Source: Raillietiella orientalis (Eukaryota). From it: a DNA stretch of 64,000 bases. Each line of letters starts with the position of its first letter. Position 1 is the first letter of the stretch. Positions 59,980 through 64,000 of this stretch are shown one piece after another. The notes beneath the pieces were generated by a model, which did not search any database, was not told the origin of the DNA, and saw nothing but the letters and a program-made list of their open reading frames with translations. Position numbers and translations under genes: made by a program. The stretch spans positions 4,836,001 to 4,900,000 of the forward strand of contig JAYWIR010000008.1 of assembly GCA_036172245.1 (NCBI GenBank), written 5' to 3'.

Positions 59980-61059
59980 TTCTGAAGGTGGAAACCAATG
60001 GGGGCTGCAGCCAGCAGTCACGCCGTTCGCAGCGAGCATTGGGGCACTCTTCAAGAAGCATCGTTGTGCTCAATTAGCTCCTGATCCGGTGAGGATGTTC
60101 CTGGGATGCTAGAGAAAATGGACCTTAGCGGAGCGGCGACGACGAAACGAGGTCTCGGCGCTGCAAAAGTGGCAAAAGCCTTTCCTCGCTATCGTCGACA
60201 GCGATCTCAGGAATCCGCTCCAAGAAAGCAAGACACTCTCGCTAGAGGACCAAGAAGCCCACGAACCTTTGGTGTCAAAGTTAGCTTTGGTACCTGTAAT
60301 GCGGAGTGAACATCGAGGAATCTTCCGGCATGCTGAGATCATTAGTTCTTCCGTAAGGAAAAAAAAAAACTCCTCGAGTCTTCTGGAGCTCCCTTCCCAC
60401 ATTCAGGGGCTCACTCGAAAGGTGCAGCACCTAGACTACACTGAAGTCTCTTTGAGGAGGCAAGAACTACTACGAATCTATCTCGGCAGCGCTTACATCT
60501 CTGGATATCTCTGTCGTGATGGATCAGACGGACACATGATTTGGAATCCATGGTTCAATCTTCTCGTGAGCTTCCAGGAAAGAGAAGAGCGCACGTGCTG
60601 CTTTGTTAAGTGCATCTGCCCAGGAAACGAATTCTGTCACAGGTGGGACGCAGTTGCGGCGGCAACGTCAGGTGTGTGAAAAGGGGAACGCGCGAAGGGA
60701 TATAAGTAACTGTTACTCGGGAAGAGCCACATCTTGCTTCCCTCTTCCGAAGATGCAAGGCATCGCTCATCTGCATTGGAGGGGCAGCTCTGAGAGCCGA
60801 TACGCATGACTACATCTGGAACACTCCAGATGCAGGCTTACCCAATGGACCAAGCAATGTTCCTCCCGGATCTCGTGGTATCCATCGGGAAGCGAGGATG
60901 AATAATGAACTGAGACTGTACTAAGGTTTTGTTCCCGATCTAGGGATATCTGGGAAATGTGTTCGAGAAAGCGCGAAAAAAAAAGAAAGAAAGAAAGAAA
61001 GGAGGGAAAAGGAGGAGATGAATTTCCGGATGATGAGTTTCCGTTTCAGAAAAATGAAG

Positions 61060-62390
61060 CTGGAAACCGAAGCTGAACGCCGTGGCTCTGATAATCCAGT
61101 ACAGGCAGAAGAGCAAGGATCAGCAAGCACGCGGAAGCAAGGAACTGGAACCAACAGGCGCAAACGCGGCACGCCAGAGAATAGCAAGATCTGACATCTA
61201 TTGCATTATGGAGGAGACTCTATCAGAGGACGCGAGGAGACGTTGCGATCTGAAGGGTCTGGCGGAGAACAACGAGGGTCCAGTCGAAAGAATTCATGCA
61301 TCACCACGTACTGTCACGAGTCCATGCGGCTCGAAGTGTTCTCTCTACCGCGGGGCTCTCGTCCCGTGGGCTGCATCCGCGTGCCCCGCGGATCACTGAA
61401 GACCATCGAGAGACTGCTGGCAGGCCGCTGCTCAAATCCACACGAATTCTCCTCCGCGCAGTCACAGAAAGTCTTTCGTCGGCAAGAGGGTCTCTCCCGA
61501 AAACACGCTAGCCGGTCACGACGAACGTGGCGAAAGCCAAATGATGGCGCTACGTTTGCTAAAAACACTTGAGAACGAGCCAAGGGTGTTCCGCGCGCAA
61601 ACAAGAGGAGGAACTGTCACTCTGTTCTTGCAATCAGAGAACAGCACGCGGAAGAGAAAAGGGAGCAGAAGCGAAAGGGAAAAGCAGGCAGACAATGGCG
61701 TACATCGGAAAGGATGCGTTTTCGTGCCTTGAAAATAGTCGTCTCGAAAGTGAAATCTGTGTGCGTGTGCGCGCGCAAACGCTCAAATTTCTCTTTGAGA
61801 AAGTTTGGTCGTTGTGACCCGATGCGATGAGGTGGATCGCGGCTGCCCAAAGCATTATCGTAGGAAGACGGTTAGCGCAAGGACTCGAAGAGGAAAACCG
61901 AAGCTAGGAAAGGGGGCATCGAAGGCGAGGATGGGCTGGGAGTGGCGATGTTAGCCGAGGAGGAAAGCCTCACGTAGGCTCCTGAAACGGAGGAAGTAGG
62001 AAAACCAGCGGGTTTCAGTCCAAATGAAAGAGGTATGGGAAGAACGAATGGGAATGCCCGAAACTCGCGACAGTGTTCTGGAAGATTTTGCGTCCCTGAG
62101 ACGCGAAGGAGCGCAAACTGCGTCGGATACCACGGCTTCCTCCTCTAGACAAGAGTCTCGGCAAGGTAACAGCACCGTCTGACCACGTGCGCAGGTCGAG
62201 TTCATCCAGTCTTGATTGTTCGCCGTTGACAAAGAAAGTTCTCTCGCTCCCTCCGGAGTCCTCAAGGTCTCCTGCAACAGAGGTCACCCGCCTATGTTGT
62301 ACGATGGGATTTCACAACGATCCGTGTCTGGAGAGCAAATGACAACTCGCCATCTTTTGGCGATAGGAAGAATTTGTTATCGCTTTGTTT
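61060..62390 (+). pseudogene. Possible decayed Helitron RepHel N-terminal region
   Basis: ETEAERR / RQRIAR charged repeats, a Cys cluster, and HLLAIGRICYRFV (~GRLFQQFxVD); weak. Confidence 0.25.
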
Positions 62391-63204
62391 TTTGTTCTTC
62401 AACCTCCTCTTCAGAGATTTTCCTCACAGCATCCTCGGGAAGGGATGCTCAAGATATTTGGTAGGAATGCGGCTGAAGGGCAAATGCGTGGAGAATCTTT
62501 TAGTACACTGAAGGTTCGTGAAAGGATCCACTCCTTGTTCCCTCCCCCGAAGAGAACCTCTCGATGGTTTCGGACACCTCGCGGCGCACCCTGGAGCACA
62601 GGCGAAATGTTGCGGCAGGAAAATTCTCCTCCCCAGGGACCCTCTTTCTCAACTTTGCCCGAAGAAAAAAGGAAACTTGAGCGCGAGAGAAACCAACCGT
62701 AGGGTTGCTAGGGCGAATCCAGGGATCGGGCGGAAGGGCACGACCAGTGCGCGTGACCTCGTTCCAGGAGGCTGCTCTTGAAGCTTTATAAATCAAAGAC
62801 CACTCCGAGAAAAAATTCTCGCGCTTTTTAATTTTTTTTTCATTTTCTGCTCTCGCTGTTGTTGTCACCTTACGTGCTCAACTTTCGTGTTGCTGCGAAG
62901 ATCCCACGGCACCACTTGTTGCCAACGTCCATTACCACCTTTCACCGCGCCTCAGCCCATGGCTGAAGTTTTTGTCTCTGCTTTGCTTGCCCTCCCAGCA
63001 AGTCCGAATCGCAAGCGCCTTCCTCGAGAAAGGAAGAAAAATGCGAGTGTGCGAGACCTTCGTTCAGCCTTGCATGCCCAATTCCCTGAAGAGTAGTGCT
63101 CCCTCGTTCGGTTTAAAGGGGTCCGTCCTTCACTCGTGCCTCATTCCAGGAGAATCCTGATCCTCAATCCCCCTTTGTTCCAGTGATAAGGAACAGTGCG
63201 TCTT

Positions 63205-63946
63205 CCCTTCTTTACCACTGTCCACACCACCCGAGAGTGAGTGGAACTCTTCAAAGATAGGAAGTACCTCTGGAGGGGATCATTCCATGAATCCAGGAAG
63301 GGCTCTGGAGGAAAAAGTCCGTTCCTCTTACGCGTGGAGGGGAACTCCAAAGGGAACCTCTTCCTTATTCTCTCCAGAGAGACCCTCCGGTTTGTGGGGT
63401 CCGCTCCTTGTTTCTTCTCCAAAGGGAACCCGGAAAGGATCTGCTCCTGGAATTTCTTCTCCGTAGGGACTCCCCGAAAAGGATCTGCTCTGCCCTCTGA
63501 AGAGAACCTTGAAGAGACGCTTCCAATTTTCCCTGAAGGACACTCCCCGAAGGGAGCAGCTCCCTTTTTCACACTCTGGAGAGCCAATCCCTCGAGGGGG
63601 CGTCAACCCGCTCCATGGTACGTGATGGAGGGTCTTCCCCGAAAGAGGAGAAGGAGGCTCTATTTTCACAACCGGAGGGGAACCTCTAAGGGAACCGGTC
63701 CCTGGAAGGATTTCGGAGGGTCGACTTCCAATCCAGACCAGTCAATGGGAGCATCCGAAGGTTTCCGGCTTCCACCAGCGTCGCACCCGAAGCCAATCGA
63801 GGCCAACCAGCGCCACCCTGCGGGGAGGAATCGAACCCACGGCGCACCGCGCACTCTCGACGTCGTCCCTTACACGGGTGGGATTCGAACCCGCAACGCT
63901 TGGTGCCACGCACGAAGACCGCAGCCACGCTGCCGCCAGCGCGGGC
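63205..63946 (-). mobile_element. tRNA-derived SINE-like element, copy E
   Basis: Two perfect B boxes on the minus strand: GGTTCGAATCC (63891-63881) and GGTTCGATTCC (63837-63827); shared body. Confidence 0.78.
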
Positions 63947-64000
63947 TTTGGCTATGGTCCGGACAGCTTCTTTCTCCATTTTACTGGACGTAACACGACG

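Overview
This is eukaryotic (arthropod) genomic DNA, GC-rich and gene-poor. The only intact genes I can support are two paralogous, convergent, three-exon cuticular protein genes. Each encodes a signal peptide, an RR-2 type Rebers-Riddiford chitin-binding domain and a Gln/Gly/Ser/Tyr/Arg 12-aa repeat tail: 9383-11410 (+) and 16794-19148 (-). Their exon2-intron2-exon3 blocks form a near-identical ~0.8 kb inverted repeat, while intron 1 shows no similarity by eye. Their promoters share a TATA box, an identical 19-bp motif and an FTZ-F1-like site. The rest is a transposon graveyard. It holds a frameshifted L1/Tx1-clade LINE with a structured 3' UTR and at least five copies of a ~750-850 bp tRNA-derived SINE-like element with two B boxes and a UUCG-hairpin repeat body. 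There are also heavily decayed fragments resembling hAT, piggyBac, Ty3/gypsy, Maverick integrase, Tc1, pogo, LINE and Helitron elements, all called by eye from motifs at low to moderate confidence. No CRISPR array, rRNA, intact tRNA or prokaryote-style system was seen. Most ORFs in the track are spurious GC-rich or antisense frames.
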